The notes beneath the pieces are model-generated. The model had not been told where the DNA came from, searched no databases, and worked only from the letters and a program-made list of their open reading frames with translations. Positions 15,370-27,600 of a stretch of DNA of 64,000 nt are shown piece by piece. This stretch comes from Utricularia gibba (lineage: Eukaryota > Plantae > Magnoliophyta): the NCBI GenBank assembly GCA_002189035.1, contig CM007989.1:2542001-2606000 (forward strand), given 5' to 3'. Each line of letters opens with the position of its first letter. Position 1 is the first letter of the stretch. Position numbers and translations under genes: made by a program.

Positions 15370-16586
15370 ATGGCTGACGCGGCGCTGGATAACATCCACG
15401 TTCTGCTCGTTGAGCACGACGTCAACTGCTGCAAGCAGACGGTGGAGGTGCTCCAGTGCTTCTCCTACGATGGTTTGTTTTGTCGTGCTTGGTTTTCTGG
15501 TTGCTTGATTTGGGTTTTTTTTTGTTTGTTTTGAGTTTGGGTTTGGGGTGTGCAGTGACGGTGGTGCCGATGCCCTCGGCGGCGCTGAGGATTGTGTCGG
15601 AGAGGAGGGGGGCGTTCGATCTTCTGATCCTGAGAGCGAACTCGCCGGACCCCAACGGATGGGAACTCATGCTGCAAGCAGTCGCCTTGAAACTACCCGT
15701 CATCTGTTGGTTTCTCTTCCCCGACTTTCGTTTGCTTGATGTACTTGAAATCGATGAGTGATGTGTCGTGTTCATAGTGACGATGGACGAGGACGACGGG
15801 GAGCTGACGGCGATGGCGTTGGACAGCGGGGTGTATCTGTGCATAAAGAGGCCGGTGGAGGTGGAGATGGCGGAGTACATGTGGCAGTACGTGTTCAGGG
15901 AAAAGCTTAGCAAGAGGCAGAAAGAGAGCAGGGAGGAGAAGAGGGTCCAGGGGAACGTCAAGAAGAAGGTCTGGACGGAGTGGACGCAGGAGCTTCACGA
16001 GAAGTTCGAGGAAGTCGCCTACAGGCTCGCCAAAGTAGACAGTGAGCATCAACTTTTCCTTCTTTTTTTTTTTTTCTTTATCGAGTTTAGGGATGATCTG
16101 AAAGAGAAAAACAACAAATTTAGGGTGCTTCCCTAAAGACATCTTGGAGGAGATGAGGGTGCCGGGACTCACCAGGATGCAGATAGCCAGCCATCTCCAG
16201 AAATGCCGCAACGAGGCGTGGGTGCCACCTGGGGAGAGGCGTTCGCGGCATCCCAGAGAGAAAGCCGCTGCACAACCGGCGGCACCCCCGGGGAGCAGGA
16301 AGCGGAAGGCCTTTGGGGTAATGCCTAAAATAAGCAACAAAACTCTGGCGAAAATGGCGACTCTTCCAGGGGACGGTGGCGCAGAGGAGTGCCATCGGGT
16401 TCGGGAGAGAGATCCGAGGATGACTTCATTAGTTACCGTGAAATCGGGAGCAGCAGCTGGAATCCCCTGAGCCTTGGACCACTGAACGCCGGCGGGCAGG
16501 ACAGCAACGTACCCCCGGAAACGGGAGAATGCTCCTTGCAGTTTGGTGAAGCCCTGGATGACTTTGATCTCTCTGGCCTGCTCTGA
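15370..16586 (+). CDS. Type-B-like pseudo-response regulator (degenerate receiver plus GARP/Myb-like domain)
   Basis: Exons 15370-15472, 15556-~15705, ~15779-16040 and ~16124 onward. The receiver pattern (HVLLVEHD...FDLLILRANSPDPNGWEL...LPVI...KRPV...MWQYV) and GARP pattern (WTQELHEKF...PKDILEEMRVPGLTRMQIASHLQKCR) are clear. The stop is at 16470 in frame, or at 16586 if one more indel is present. Confidence 0.8.
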
Positions 16587-17543
16587 CGCACCCAGCTCAG
16601 GGTTTTATACCTGTACATGACGCAGAACATATGATGGAAGGATACAACTGTTTTACTGTGGGATGTAGCCCAGCCGGATCATACTGCCTGCTCATCACCT
16701 GAAGCACAAACTTGTAATGCCGATACATCAGATCATCGTCCCACATGATTTGATGACCTGCTTGAAAGCAGCCGACAGGGTCATGGATAGATAGAAACAC
16801 TACAGACAAAAACAGCTCTATAAAAGATATGATGTTGAACTGATATTGAAAACCGGTCGATTCTTATCTGCTCCCCGACAGCAGAGTTGCATAATTCCTC
16901 GTCCTGAGAACTCACATAAACCTGAAAGCATGAGAACCAGCAGTAAAAATTGCTATCTAAATTTACAAAACAAGATATGGCATATTACCTACACATAAAG
17001 AACACCTAGTGCGACGCTAGCAAGTGCAGGAGGAGGAATTCTACTCCCTAAAGCCTCCCATATGCCTCCATCCAGGCTTGGGACTTTGCATCCTGACCAA
17101 CCATCTTGCTGAATAAATAGTTCTGAACGGATTCGTTAGCCCATAAGTAGTCCTAACCTAATCAACTTGCCAACCCCCCTCCTCCCATCCTTCCTAAACA
17201 CTAGATATCAAGTCTCCCCTCCTCCTTTCTCCAGGCTGGGGACTGGCAGTGCACTTTTGCACAGGCGGAGTTAAAAACTTTGTATCCTAACCTCCCCTAC
17301 AACCCACTTAAAACAATAACTAAACTGCTAAATAGTTTTAAACTGATAACTTAACCATACTAATAAAATAATATATCCCCACGTGTAGTCCAGGGCCTAA
17401 ACCAATAACTTACATCTAAATTACCTAAATTGCTAGGCAGCCAATGATTGCGAAAGATAAATAATGATAGAGGATGGATGCCGAGCCCTGCAGATAAACA
17501 TTATCACAGGAGTGATATGTACTGCGATAAAAGCCCCCTTCTG

Positions 17544-17742
17544 GTCTTTTTTTCTTCTTTTTTTTCTCTGGCCTTTTTTCTTTTTTTTCTCGCCTTTTTT
17601 CTTTTTTTTTTTTTTTTTTTTTTTTGTGGCCTTTTTTTCTTTTTTTCTTTTTTTTCTTTTTTCTCTGGCCTTTTTTCTTTTTTCTTTTTTTTTTCTGGCC
17701 TTTTTTCTTTTTTCTTTTTTTTTCTGGCCTTTTTTTTTCTTT
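17544..17742. repeat. Low-complexity GGCC-anchored poly-T/C minisatellite (~28-45 bp units)
   Basis: About 6 copies of (ct/gt)GGCC followed by T6-7-C-T runs; a related copy lies at ~17845-17888. Confidence 0.85.
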
Positions 17743-18254
17743 AACGGCGATCGAATGTCAATGGTGGTAAAAAATCGCGAGAGCGATTTGAGAGAGAGGG
17801 AGAGATGGCGGTTGATATCGATCGCGGGGGAAGGCTGGCAAATATTTTTCTTTTTCTTCTTTTGGCCTTTTTTTTCTTCTTTTTTTTGGATGAATGGAGG
17901 AGATAGATCGCAACCATGGCGCCGTACCTGCATATGAAACGGGATAAAGAATTAGACCACACAAGATGCTTCGCCATCGCCAAGAAAATCGGCCGAAACA
18001 AGAATCCAGAAAATCGGCAGTAACATACAAATACAACATTTCCTTTATTTCGATCATCAACAGATAATTCAAAATCAAGAAACATAAAAAAAAGGCGATA
18101 ATCTCCAAGAACGAAGGAAAACAACACACAGGCAAAAATAACTTCAAATTGAAGCGCACACGGAAAACGAGGGAACGAAAACGAAACTCTTGCATCTGCC
18201 TAAAAGAAAGGAAAAAGAAACTGAAATAACAGAATACATAGATGAAACTAACCT

Positions 18255-18530
18255 TTCCGAGAACCCTAAACCTCGAGAGAAAACCCCACAGAACCCATAA
18301 ACAAAACCCCTAGAGCTCTCTACGTGAAACTAAACATTTGCGCCAAAAGAATGAGCAATGTGAAGTAATCGGGTTATATATAGGGTGAAGCACATGGAGG
18401 GAAATCATATTTTGGAAACAAGCCCAATTAACGAGAGATGAGGCCCATTATTAAAATTGGGCCACAGATTTTGGAAATCAGCCCATATAGCGTAAAGTCA
18501 CCCGGTAAATTTTGGAAATAAGGGGCCCCT
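18255..18530 (-). promoter_or_regulatory. Orphan promoter-like cluster: site II elements, TATA, E2F site and telobox-like motif
   Basis: AGCCCA/GGCCCA/TGGGCC at ~18421, 18442, 18458 and 18480; CTATATATAA on the minus strand at 18374-18383; TTTGGCGC on the minus strand at 18340-18347; AACCCTAAA at ~18263. Confidence 0.55.
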
Positions 18531-18854
18531 TTTTGTAAATATGGAAGTCGCCGGCGTTTGGATGACGTCACCTGGTAAACATGGAACAGAGTCCATGGAA
18601 GAAGTCAGCAACCAGCATGCATGATAATAAGCTAAAAGCTCTGGTATGAAAGTAGGAACCAGTTTCTATAGAGGGATCAATCTAAACTGCATCGTCTGCA
18701 GAGTACACTATACTGGTAGCCATGGATGATGATGTATCGATCTGATTAACGGGTTAAGAAGGGAAAAGGAAGCAGGAAGATGGGGGGAGCGACTAGCAAG
18801 TGAGATGAGTAGAACAGCAAATGCGTGTATGCTCCTGAAGGAAGATGTCAGCTG

Positions 18855-19979
18855 TCAGTTCTCCATGAATCTAAGCTCCTGCAACTGATCCCTTATCTGG
18901 CTTTGCACTAGCTCAAGCCTCTTAGAGAACACTTCTAACTCAAGAATCTGTTGTTTCCTCCACCGATCATCGGACGTTTTATCGCCGGCGACAGCTCCAG
19001 GGAAACACAACGACAGGGGACTAGTGGTTCCTGAACCATGTCCACAGAATAAGCCACTAGGAACAGACGAATTTCCCAGCAATTCCTTGAGTACAGGAGA
19101 CAAAGAGCTCTTAATTGTCTCTTCGATCACGGTGGAGATAGGCCCGGAAATCCCGATGCCCAGGACGGGAGCGGCAATGGGTGTTATACCCACCGTGGGC
19201 GGCTGAATATTGTTGACGTTACAGTAGTTTGTGTGCGACGGCATTTTCTCCTCCAATTTCACAGGCCCAGCACGATTCCTCTTTCGCGGTCGGGGGGCTT
19301 TGCTGTTCACATCGATCCTACTTGGGATCGGGTTCTGACAGCTAATAAAAGCTGGGTTATTGAGATCATCGTCGTCTTCCTCAACGCCGGTGGACCGGTA
19401 AGCAGCAGAGCCGTTAGCGTTGCCCCAAATTTTGGAAGAAATTTCGAAGGTCAACTGATCGTGGGGGCTCTTAAAGATATAATCTTTACCGGAGCTGAAC
19501 CTGTTGACTAGATTACGATACTTCTTCTTCAGCCTCCGAAGCTTCTCAACAAGCTGACTCTTGTTGAAATCGAGCTGGAACTTGCTCCTGATCTGGTCAT
19601 AAAACGCCGTCGTATCATGGTGGTGCTGCGACGAACCGTACTGACCGCAACGCTGAGTGGTGTAATCCAGGAACCCTTGCAACAGCTCAATCTCGTCCTG
19701 GTCCGTCCACAGACGCTGGAAGAGCTTCCGGGACTCGTCAGGCTTTCTCGACTCCGGCAGAAAAAGGTCCTGTTGCTGTTGATTATGGTGGAGATCAGGG
19801 ACGCCGTGGACTGCCACAGTCACGAGGGCAGTGGAAGGAGCGCCATCAAGCGCGAGAGGCGCCGAGGACGCGGAATCATCTTCATCGTGATCAGAGATCT
19901 GGTCGTCGTCATCATCGAGAAGATCCTCGTCGTCGTTGAAGACGACGCCGTGACCAGCAACGGCAGCGACAGAGGCCAT
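18855..19979 (-). CDS. GeBP/STOREKEEPER-like transcription factor (DUF573), intronless, 374 aa
   Basis: FQRLWTDQDEIELLQGFLDY, FYDQIRSKFQLDFNKSQLVEKLRRLKKKY and the C-terminal WRKQQILELEVFSKRLELV motif. First ATG at 19979. Confidence 0.9.
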   Translation of the reverse strand: MASVAAVAGHGVVFNDDEDLLDDDDDQISDHDEDDSASSAPLALDGAPSTALVTVAVHGVPDLHHNQQQQDLFLPESRKPDESRKLFQRLWTDQDEIELLQGFLDYTTQRCGQYGSSQHHHDTTAFYDQIRSKFQLDFNKSQLVEKLRRLKKKYRNLVNRFSSGKDYIFKSPHDQLTFEISSKIWGNANGSAAYRSTGVEEDDDDLNNPAFISCQNPIPSRIDVNSKAPRPRKRNRAGPVKLEEKMPSHTNYCNVNNIQPPTVGITPIAAPVLGIGISGPISTVIEETIKSSLSPVLKELLGNSSVPSGLFCGHGSGTTSPLSLCFPGAVAGDKTSDDRWRKQQILELEVFSKRLELVQSQIRDQLQELRFMEN

Positions 19980-20358
19980 GGCAGCGACCCGGCGAGGCTT
20001 CAATATTTCGGGGGAAATGAACCGTCGTGTTTCGTGATCCGCACCGCCGGGTCCGATCACCAGACCCAATCCAAACCCTACCGGCCTGAACCTGAACGCC
20101 AGTCCCAGGTTTATACCCCCACCAACCCATCTCTGACCAACAATAATATAATATTCCAATTATTTATTAAATTAAAATATCCAAAAAAAAAAATGCTTTT
20201 CCCCACATTTCTAATTTTAAAATAATTTATAATTAAAACTCAACAAAAAAAAAAAAAAAAAAAAACACCCACAAAGAGCTATGTTAAATCAATGAAGCTT
20301 GAGGAGCTTTCTTCTTCCTCGCATCTCTTACCAGGGCTGCTGCCTCTGCCTCCTCCAT

Positions 20359-23030
20359 CTAGACCTGTCTATAAAACAGAAGATAAGCGTGATCATGCAA
20401 CACTCTGCTTCTTGGAATGGCCTCCACGGAGGCATCGTCGAACCGGAGCCACAGGAGGCCGTCGTTTCTTCGAGCATCAGCTGTGTAGTGTCCTTTTGAC
20501 GCTATGTTTCCATGGTGAGTTATGGTTGCCACGAGCTCATACTTACGGCCCTGCACAAGGAAGGTTGCATAAACTCCTGTCTCAATGGAGGGTACTGTTG
20601 GCGAGAGAACGCACCTCCACGGCGGCGGACACGAGCAGATCACGGTGTAAAACTAGTTCAAGGGGGAAACGAACAGCCTTTTGCAGCTTAGTGCTTCCGT
20701 GGGCGCCATAGCCGAATCGCTTCAGATGCAAAATGAGTATCTTTGGAAGTGACTGAATGTTGATTGACTTCCGGGCTGAAACAGGTGCCGCCTGAAATTC
20801 AACAAGAACGATGGATTCAGTGGGCCGGAAGGAGGAAGAAGAACATACAGGATCAATGCAAAGGGGGGGATTATGTTGGAATACCCTTTGTGATGTTGGT
20901 GTTCGATACTCGTTCAATGTCTCTGGGGCGGAAAAGAAATGTAGAGCATCTTCAACAGTGTGAATAGATTCATGAGAAATGTCGAGGTGAAGCATCAGAA
21001 ACGGTTGAACAGTGGCTGAAGCTTTGTTTCCTGCTCGAACAAAAGCAAAAGAAAAACTTGATGGGAAAATACTTGATGCGCTCAAGGGATGCAGATGCAA
21101 TCTGGGTGGAAGAACATTATTATTCTACGCTGCAGAAAGCTCAAGAGTTTAAGAAATACCTTTTGCTTTTACAACACTTCGCAATTGTCCACCGAATATG
21201 GAGCTGAGTTCAGAAGGAATGAGACTCTGGGTTGTTGTAACAGCAGATTTATTCTTAGGACCAATGGTTTCCCACCCATCATCTTCAGCAGTAGAGACGA
21301 CAGTTGATTTTGAGACAGTCAGCCCATCAAGCTTCAGCAGCTCATCATGCATTTGATCCATCATGAAACTCAGAAACTCTTGTGCATCCTCTTGTCTGTG
21401 TGAGCATAACAAAAACCGGGGTGAGAGATAATTAAGAAGCTGCATACTAGAACTTCAAAATGCAGCAATAAACAAGGAAACAGAGTCGACATCTCAATGA
21501 CTGATAGAAAACCAAAGAATCTCTAGTTTTTTATGAGATAGCATACTAGGAGCACGCAGGGAAAAAAAATAGCTCGCAGGTCACAAAACATACCTAGTTC
21601 TGCCTAAAAAGTTGCCTGATATGTCAGGAGAAAATTTCCTCAAGACAGTTTCAAACATCACAGGTGTATATGACTTTCGTGTTTCAATTACAGCAGGATC
21701 TTTATCCGCAACATTGATTCCACCAACAACACTAACCTCATTAATGAAATCAACAAATGCGGATATTGTTGGGTAGGCAGCCTGTAAATATAGAAATGAT
21801 CTTTCTAAATAGACTGAATTGGGATAAGATGAACCCACAAGGTAATCTAAACAAACAGCACTAGCATACCTTGGAAAGGTTCCGACTTCTCAATTCTTGC
21901 AACAGCCGAACGAATGGAGAGCAAGATAAAAGAGCTTGAAGTGTAGCATTGAGGAAGCACAAATTTCCCGGGTTGATCAATCCACAAGGAAGTACATCTT
22001 GACCATGAAAACCAGTTACTCTCTTAGAGTTTTGAAGCACATCACCAGGAGAAGCAGCATTGGATCCATTCAGCTTTATGTTATCAGAATTTTGGAGATT
22101 TGAGACAAAGTTCTCGTCTGATGCTCTTCTACTCAGGCCTGCTCCACCAAATATGACCTTTTTTTCAACATGGGACTTGGAAATGGAAGTATTTCCATTT
22201 TCGTGCGCATTGGAAAAGGCACTGGTTGCTGAATTCCTTTGTGGTTCAGTTTTACCCTTTTGGACGGAGAAAGCACGCCCACCCACAGACCCATCAATCG
22301 CCTGCGGTTGAACAGCTTCCGAAGAACTGATTTTTACTGCACCTTTTTCCCGAGATTCACAGGGATTCTCCTTCTTTCCACTTATCCAGGAACGCGTTTC
22401 ATTCTCGGTGAATGACCCAAAAAGCAATACCTACGGCCGCAGAATAACAGAAAGGCGCAATAAAGTCAAAATCTTTTCTTAAACCCAGGAGTAACAAGAC
22501 AGACTGGGCTAGTTTCAAACAAAACCATATGTCCAGGACTCACAAATACTTCTGAAAAGCCTTACATGAACCACAATTAGCAAGCATCCTTACTTTGCGA
22601 CACACACGCAAAACCTCAGTATGGAAGGAACGGTGATGCGCAGATCATATTAATTAGAGAAAAAAGAAATGAATACCAATTTTCCTAATAAGAGGAAACC
22701 TAAAAACTGGATCTTCACAATGGCCACTCACATGTATCCCCAAATTATACACGCCTACACGCAATGCATTCAATCTCATAGCATAAATGTTGAAGGAAAC
22801 CACCGCCCTCAAACAAACGAAAAAAGTAAGTATACTAACACATCTCCGGGAACCAAGAAGTAAAAATTGCGTCTTTCAACCAAATAGAGCAAAGTAAGCC
22901 AAATTTTGACTACTAGCGTAAAGATCTGAAACAGCATCGTTATCCCAAAAAGCATCAAATCATATTCATCCAACCAGTGCTGCAGAATTCATAATTGAAT
23001 AGCAACCCTAACCTTAGAAGGATCACTCAT
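20359..23030 (-). CDS. UBP24: Ubiquitin-specific protease, USP10/UBP24 type
   Basis: Micro-exon 23030-23013 (MSDPSK), then [12 protein letters not shown]. Cys box [19 protein letters not shown]; QEDAQEFL; LILHLKRF; His box [11 protein letters not shown]; WLRFDDASV; AYLLFY. Confidence 0.93.
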
Positions 23031-24632
23031 GGCGCGCGGCAGCCGATTAATTACTCAACTCAAAACTTGGTATGCGGTACATAACAAAGTTAAGTAAACT
23101 TGTATGTGGGTGCACCGAAGCAAGAAAATTCATTCCACGACAGGAGGCAGCAACGGCAAAGGTTGAAGAAGACATGAGACACAAACGCCAACAGCACTTC
23201 GACTCAGCGACGGAATTCTGAATTGTTTCCCTTATTTTATACAGGAGCAGAGAGCCGTACTACATAATCCAGTATCTAGAACTAAATCAGCAAATATTCA
23301 TATTTTAAGGGATGTTTGGTATTTAGGATAACATTCGTATAACATCAAATATTGTCTTTAATTTTAAAAAAATAATCTTTTTCCCTTTTCAAAAACTATT
23401 GACCTTGTCGATCTCCTTCAACTCCTCCCTCGGCATTCTGTTTGGTCTCTCTTGATGATGTTTTTCTGCAGGACGGCACCGAGACATGGATGTGGGATTG
23501 ACCAGACGATCTGGATTGACCAGAAAGTGGTTAATGAGTATTTAACACAGTGGATTGATTTGGATCCAACTGAGTGTCTTCTGCATTTCATAGTCTTTTT
23601 GCAGGGGCGTAGTGTAGTGTAGCCATATTCTATGTCGAGATGTTGCAGATGGTTGTTTATCCTTGTTTTTCATGTAGTAAATCAAACACGAAGAAGAAGA
23701 ATGTTTAATTCGATCTAAAAAATTAGAATCTTACGTACACATGACGTCTAACTTAATTTTAAGTTTATCAAAGTTAATAAATTTGTTTCCCATATAAACT
23801 AATTGAAATATCTTTCAACTAACAATGTGTGATTGCAATTCCCCTTCTCCAATATCTTTATTCTAACACTGCTACATCATTCTTAACACCAGTGGATGGG
23901 AAACTGGGCTGCTTGGAACCTTACAAGCCGCAGAGAGATGGTCATTTTGTACTCGTGTTTTCGGGTTAGTTTGCACATCAAACCATGAGCTACTAGCTGA
24001 ATGTCAAAAGTATTAACTCATAGCTTTGGCAGCAATATGATTTCAACCGTTATTTTGGACAAATTTTGTGTGCTATAGCTCTAAACTTTGAACGTGGATC
24101 ATGGTCTGAAGGACTTTGGAGAGGGTTAGAAGTGTGGCCCCTAAAACAAGTCGTCAGCATTTAGTTCCCTGGACCAGTGCACATGCTGCCTGCCCAGCTT
24201 TGAACCGCATACTATATACTCAATATCATCACATGCCTAGGCTGTGCTCTACCTATGTGTGGGCTTCGTATTGCCTGGTGAGTCTGTACGTTCAAAACAA
24301 GCTTCATGGAGTATGAAACATCTACTTGCAACTCATCACTAAATGCCACTGGACAGGTTACCATTACAATGACCTGGCAAGGTTGCTCTGGAATCTGGGA
24401 TAAGAATCCCTGTGATCCTATGTGGTACTCAAAAAGAAGAGGATGTCATGGAATCCTTTTTAAAAATGAATCGAATAAATGATCATTGTTTCGTGACTGG
24501 ACTGACCAAGTTATACAAATTACCAATATTACACAAATGCAGAGGAGACTTACAGGGAGACTCTAGAGCATCATTGCCTCCAGGAGCTGTGGCAATTAGT
24601 CGTTTTCCGACCATTTGCTGCCATGGTTGGGT

Positions 24633-27155
24633 TCATTGTCTCTGCTTGTTTTCTATCTTGAGTTGAACCTTCAGTTTTTTGCCACCTAACTGATACCCAT
24701 TCATTGTGCTGATGGCGCTCTGTGCTGCTGCTGGTGAATCATAACTCACAAATCCTGCAAATGAAAGTTAAGGATGAGAAATCGCCACAGCGAATTCCCA
24801 TTGTCAAGGAGCTCATACCGAAGCATTTGCTTGCACCAGTTGCTTTGTCAACAAAGACTTTCGCACTTAGTACCCTGCCAAAACGCTGAAATGCGCTGGC
24901 GAGCTCCTCATCCCCAAACTCCTGTGGGATATGGTAAATAAACAAGTTGGCTCCAGGGGGCCTGCTTTGTAAAAAAATTGACCATGTGTAAGAATTTGGT
25001 GAAATAACAAAGAGCAGAACAGAGCAGCAAAATCAATATGCTAGCTTTCTGTTGACCTTCCATTTGGCCCCCGGAACTTGATCCAACACCGGAAGGTGAT
25101 GCAGACTGGCTATTTGCTGCGTGAGGTGACAAGGAATTTACAGACATTCCTGACCGATTGCTCATGATTCCTCCAGAATAGGAGAATGGGTATTGAACAC
25201 CAGGCAAAGCTGGATAACTAGATCCAACATAATTTGCAGGTGGCACAGCATACTTTCCTGGGCTCATTCCAGGCGAAAGACCAGGTCTTAGACCTCGCAT
25301 TGTGCCCCCCTGATATAACGGTGAGACCATATTGGCGAAGGCATGTTGGCTCTGCATCACTGGTAGGCGATAATGAAAGAGTCCATAATGCCCTGGAGTC
25401 TAGGAAGGTGAGAAGCATCTATCAATCTGCCTTCAAACTAAATAACAGTACCAAAAGAATACATCCATAAAACACAAGCTACACAAAAATATAATTCTAA
25501 TGCCTATTATATTGCAGAAACAATGGCTTACCTGGTAACTACATCCATTATATGAAGGCATATGACTCATGGGGAGTGCACCAACCAAAGATGGACGCTG
25601 TCTGATTCCAGTAGTGTGAAGACTGGAGGCCTGCGAGAGGGCTTTTTGTGCCTTCCGAGCCAATCTTTCTTTTTCTGTATCAGCCCATTTGACCACCAAG
25701 GGAACCGTAGAGCCCTGTTCAGAGGCCGAAAGTGTTACATCAAGGAAATACAAATTTAAAGAGGGATGCTTATTTAAACCAACAAGGAGTCTGATAACTT
25801 TTTTTCCCACCAGAATTAGTACACTACAAATGCTGGCAATCATGGCGATTAACAGCCTATCAATCACACGAGATAATGACATCTAGAAGAAGGCTTATAA
25901 ACTTTCCCTTATGAAGTCAAATGCAAGGCTGTAACGAGTTTTTTACGTGATCATCAATTGGAAGGTTGCTGTGCACACCTCAATCTTATGGATACCGTTA
26001 AGTGCTTCAATTGCTGCAACAGCCTCTTCCTTTGTTTCAAATTTTAGGAAAGCACAACCTGGGAACATTTGAAATCATTTGTTAAATTGCAACTCCAAAT
26101 TTTAGTCAAACTGCATCATTCCAATAAAACATGCATTGGAAGCTTAACAGGATTCACCTTTGCTAGTTTGCTGAGAGCCTCTTAAAAATTGCAACTCCTT
26201 TATTATCCCATATTTAGAAAACAGAGCAGAAACCTCATCATCAGAAACATTTTTGGGAAGCATTCCAATGAAAAGTTTGTGCTCTGAAAATTTATTTCCA
26301 TACAGATTAGCTATAAACCAGAGCGTTAGATGAAAAACTAAATAAATAAAGAATACAGCCCAAATAATACAAACAAAGGCAGCACATATCTCACCTAGCC
26401 TCTCCAACTCTCCATCCGCATACTTCACTTGCAGTGGGCTTGATGCCTGGACAGGGGGGAAAAAGTATATGCCCTCTAATTAACAGGAAAAAAAGGAGCA
26501 CCTAGAACTGTACGGTCGATAGGATACATCCAAGTTATCTTTTTTATTTCTCTCTGTGTTTTTTTGAAATTGGTACTTTCCTGGCTTGTACAATGAAATG
26601 TGGTTGAACTTCAATAACCCCCAACTTCAACATAGTATGTTGATGCAAACTAGAACAAGCAAGCATCAAAAGACCTGTTGCCTACCAACATGTGCTATAG
26701 TCCCAGAAAGGCATTAGAAAGGTGGGGAACAACCTTGCTAGCCTCACCGATCTATGTTGATGCATTAGAAAGTTAAAAAACGTAACTATACCAACCCCAG
26801 GCAGCGTTTTCTTATCATGAAAGATATTTATTGCCTTCTCAGCTTCCTCTCTAGACGGACAAAACAGAAAACAACAGCCTGCAAGTCACCCCAATCCACA
26901 ATTAAAGATACTTATCAATCATAAATTTCAATAAAACAAGTTAAAACACCCTTGGAATCGCACATTGCGATTTCCACATAAAGTTACTGAAGCATAGCAT
27001 GCAATGAGACCTCGTGAAGCACGCGTCACTCTATCCTTGATTATGTTGACTTCGTTGGCGACTATAGACTCCTGGAACATTCGCAACAACTGCGATTCCG
27101 TCATTTGCTTAGGAACTTGACCCACGAAGAGCTTGACCCTCTCACCTTCCGCCAT
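24633..27155 (-). CDS. BRN1: Bruno/CELF-like RNA-binding protein with 3 RRMs
   Basis: [66 protein letters not shown] and GKKLKVQLK. One C is missing at 24956-24960 (GPPGAN). BRN1 versus BRN2 orthology is unresolved. Confidence 0.9.
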
Positions 27156-27329
27156 TACTCAAGACCCAATTTTTCTCGGTTCTGTATGCAGAGTTCGCCG
27201 TAATGGTGAACGGTGATCTGTGAAAAAAATACAGTTGAATTTGACGCGTTTAGTTTATTTCCTTGCGGGTGAGGATATTTTGGGAATTATATAATAGGAA
27301 ACAGTTTGATTGCAATTTAATACGGCAGC

Positions 27330-27600
27330 AATAAAACACACTCTATTTGGATTTATTTACAGGTATGCCAGGGTGGAAGGCACAAAAATTACATTGGAAG
27401 GGTATGGGTAAGGAGGGTAAATCAGTGAAAACACAGAGGGGGTGTATTAATATGACAGGCTGTCCCGCCAAGCCTGACGAAAATATGATGGTGGGCCCGG
27501 TCATGGCCCATTTACAGTTCATCATGGACCCAACCCCACAGAATCTGCCCGGCCCGGCCCATAAGATACTACCGATTGCCCGGGGGTCTGTAGAGAAATT
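27330..27600. promoter_or_regulatory. Bidirectional promoter region between BRN and FolD with clustered site II motifs
   Basis: TGGGCC and GGCCCA/GCCCGGCCC motifs at ~27492-27562 lie between divergent genes. Confidence 0.5.

Noticed and set aside
16597-16698. Possible C/D snoRNA on the minus strand (GTGATGA...CTGA, ~100 nt)
   Set aside because: The terminal stem is weak and I cannot match a guide to rRNA or snRNA; the motif pair is expected by chance. It needs a snoscan-type search.
17433-17937. Poly-Lys and poly-Phe ORFs (166, 98 and 157 aa)
   Set aside because: They are translations of the poly-T/A minisatellite, with no domain or coding-like composition.
19980-20159. N-terminal extension of GeBP, and the overlapping ORF 19912-20130
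   Set aside because: The extension starts at TTG in leader or promoter sequence, and the upstream ATG at 20130 may lie outside the transcript.
19617-20225. Long antisense ORFs over GC-rich genes (also 2144-2614, 15422-15961, 58334-58681, 60195-60548)
   Set aside because: They are shadow frames of real coding sequence on the opposite strand.
23305-23360. TAA-GGGATGTTTGG resembling a PIF/Harbinger MITE end
   Set aside because: No convincing matching inverted terminus or second target-site duplication was found.
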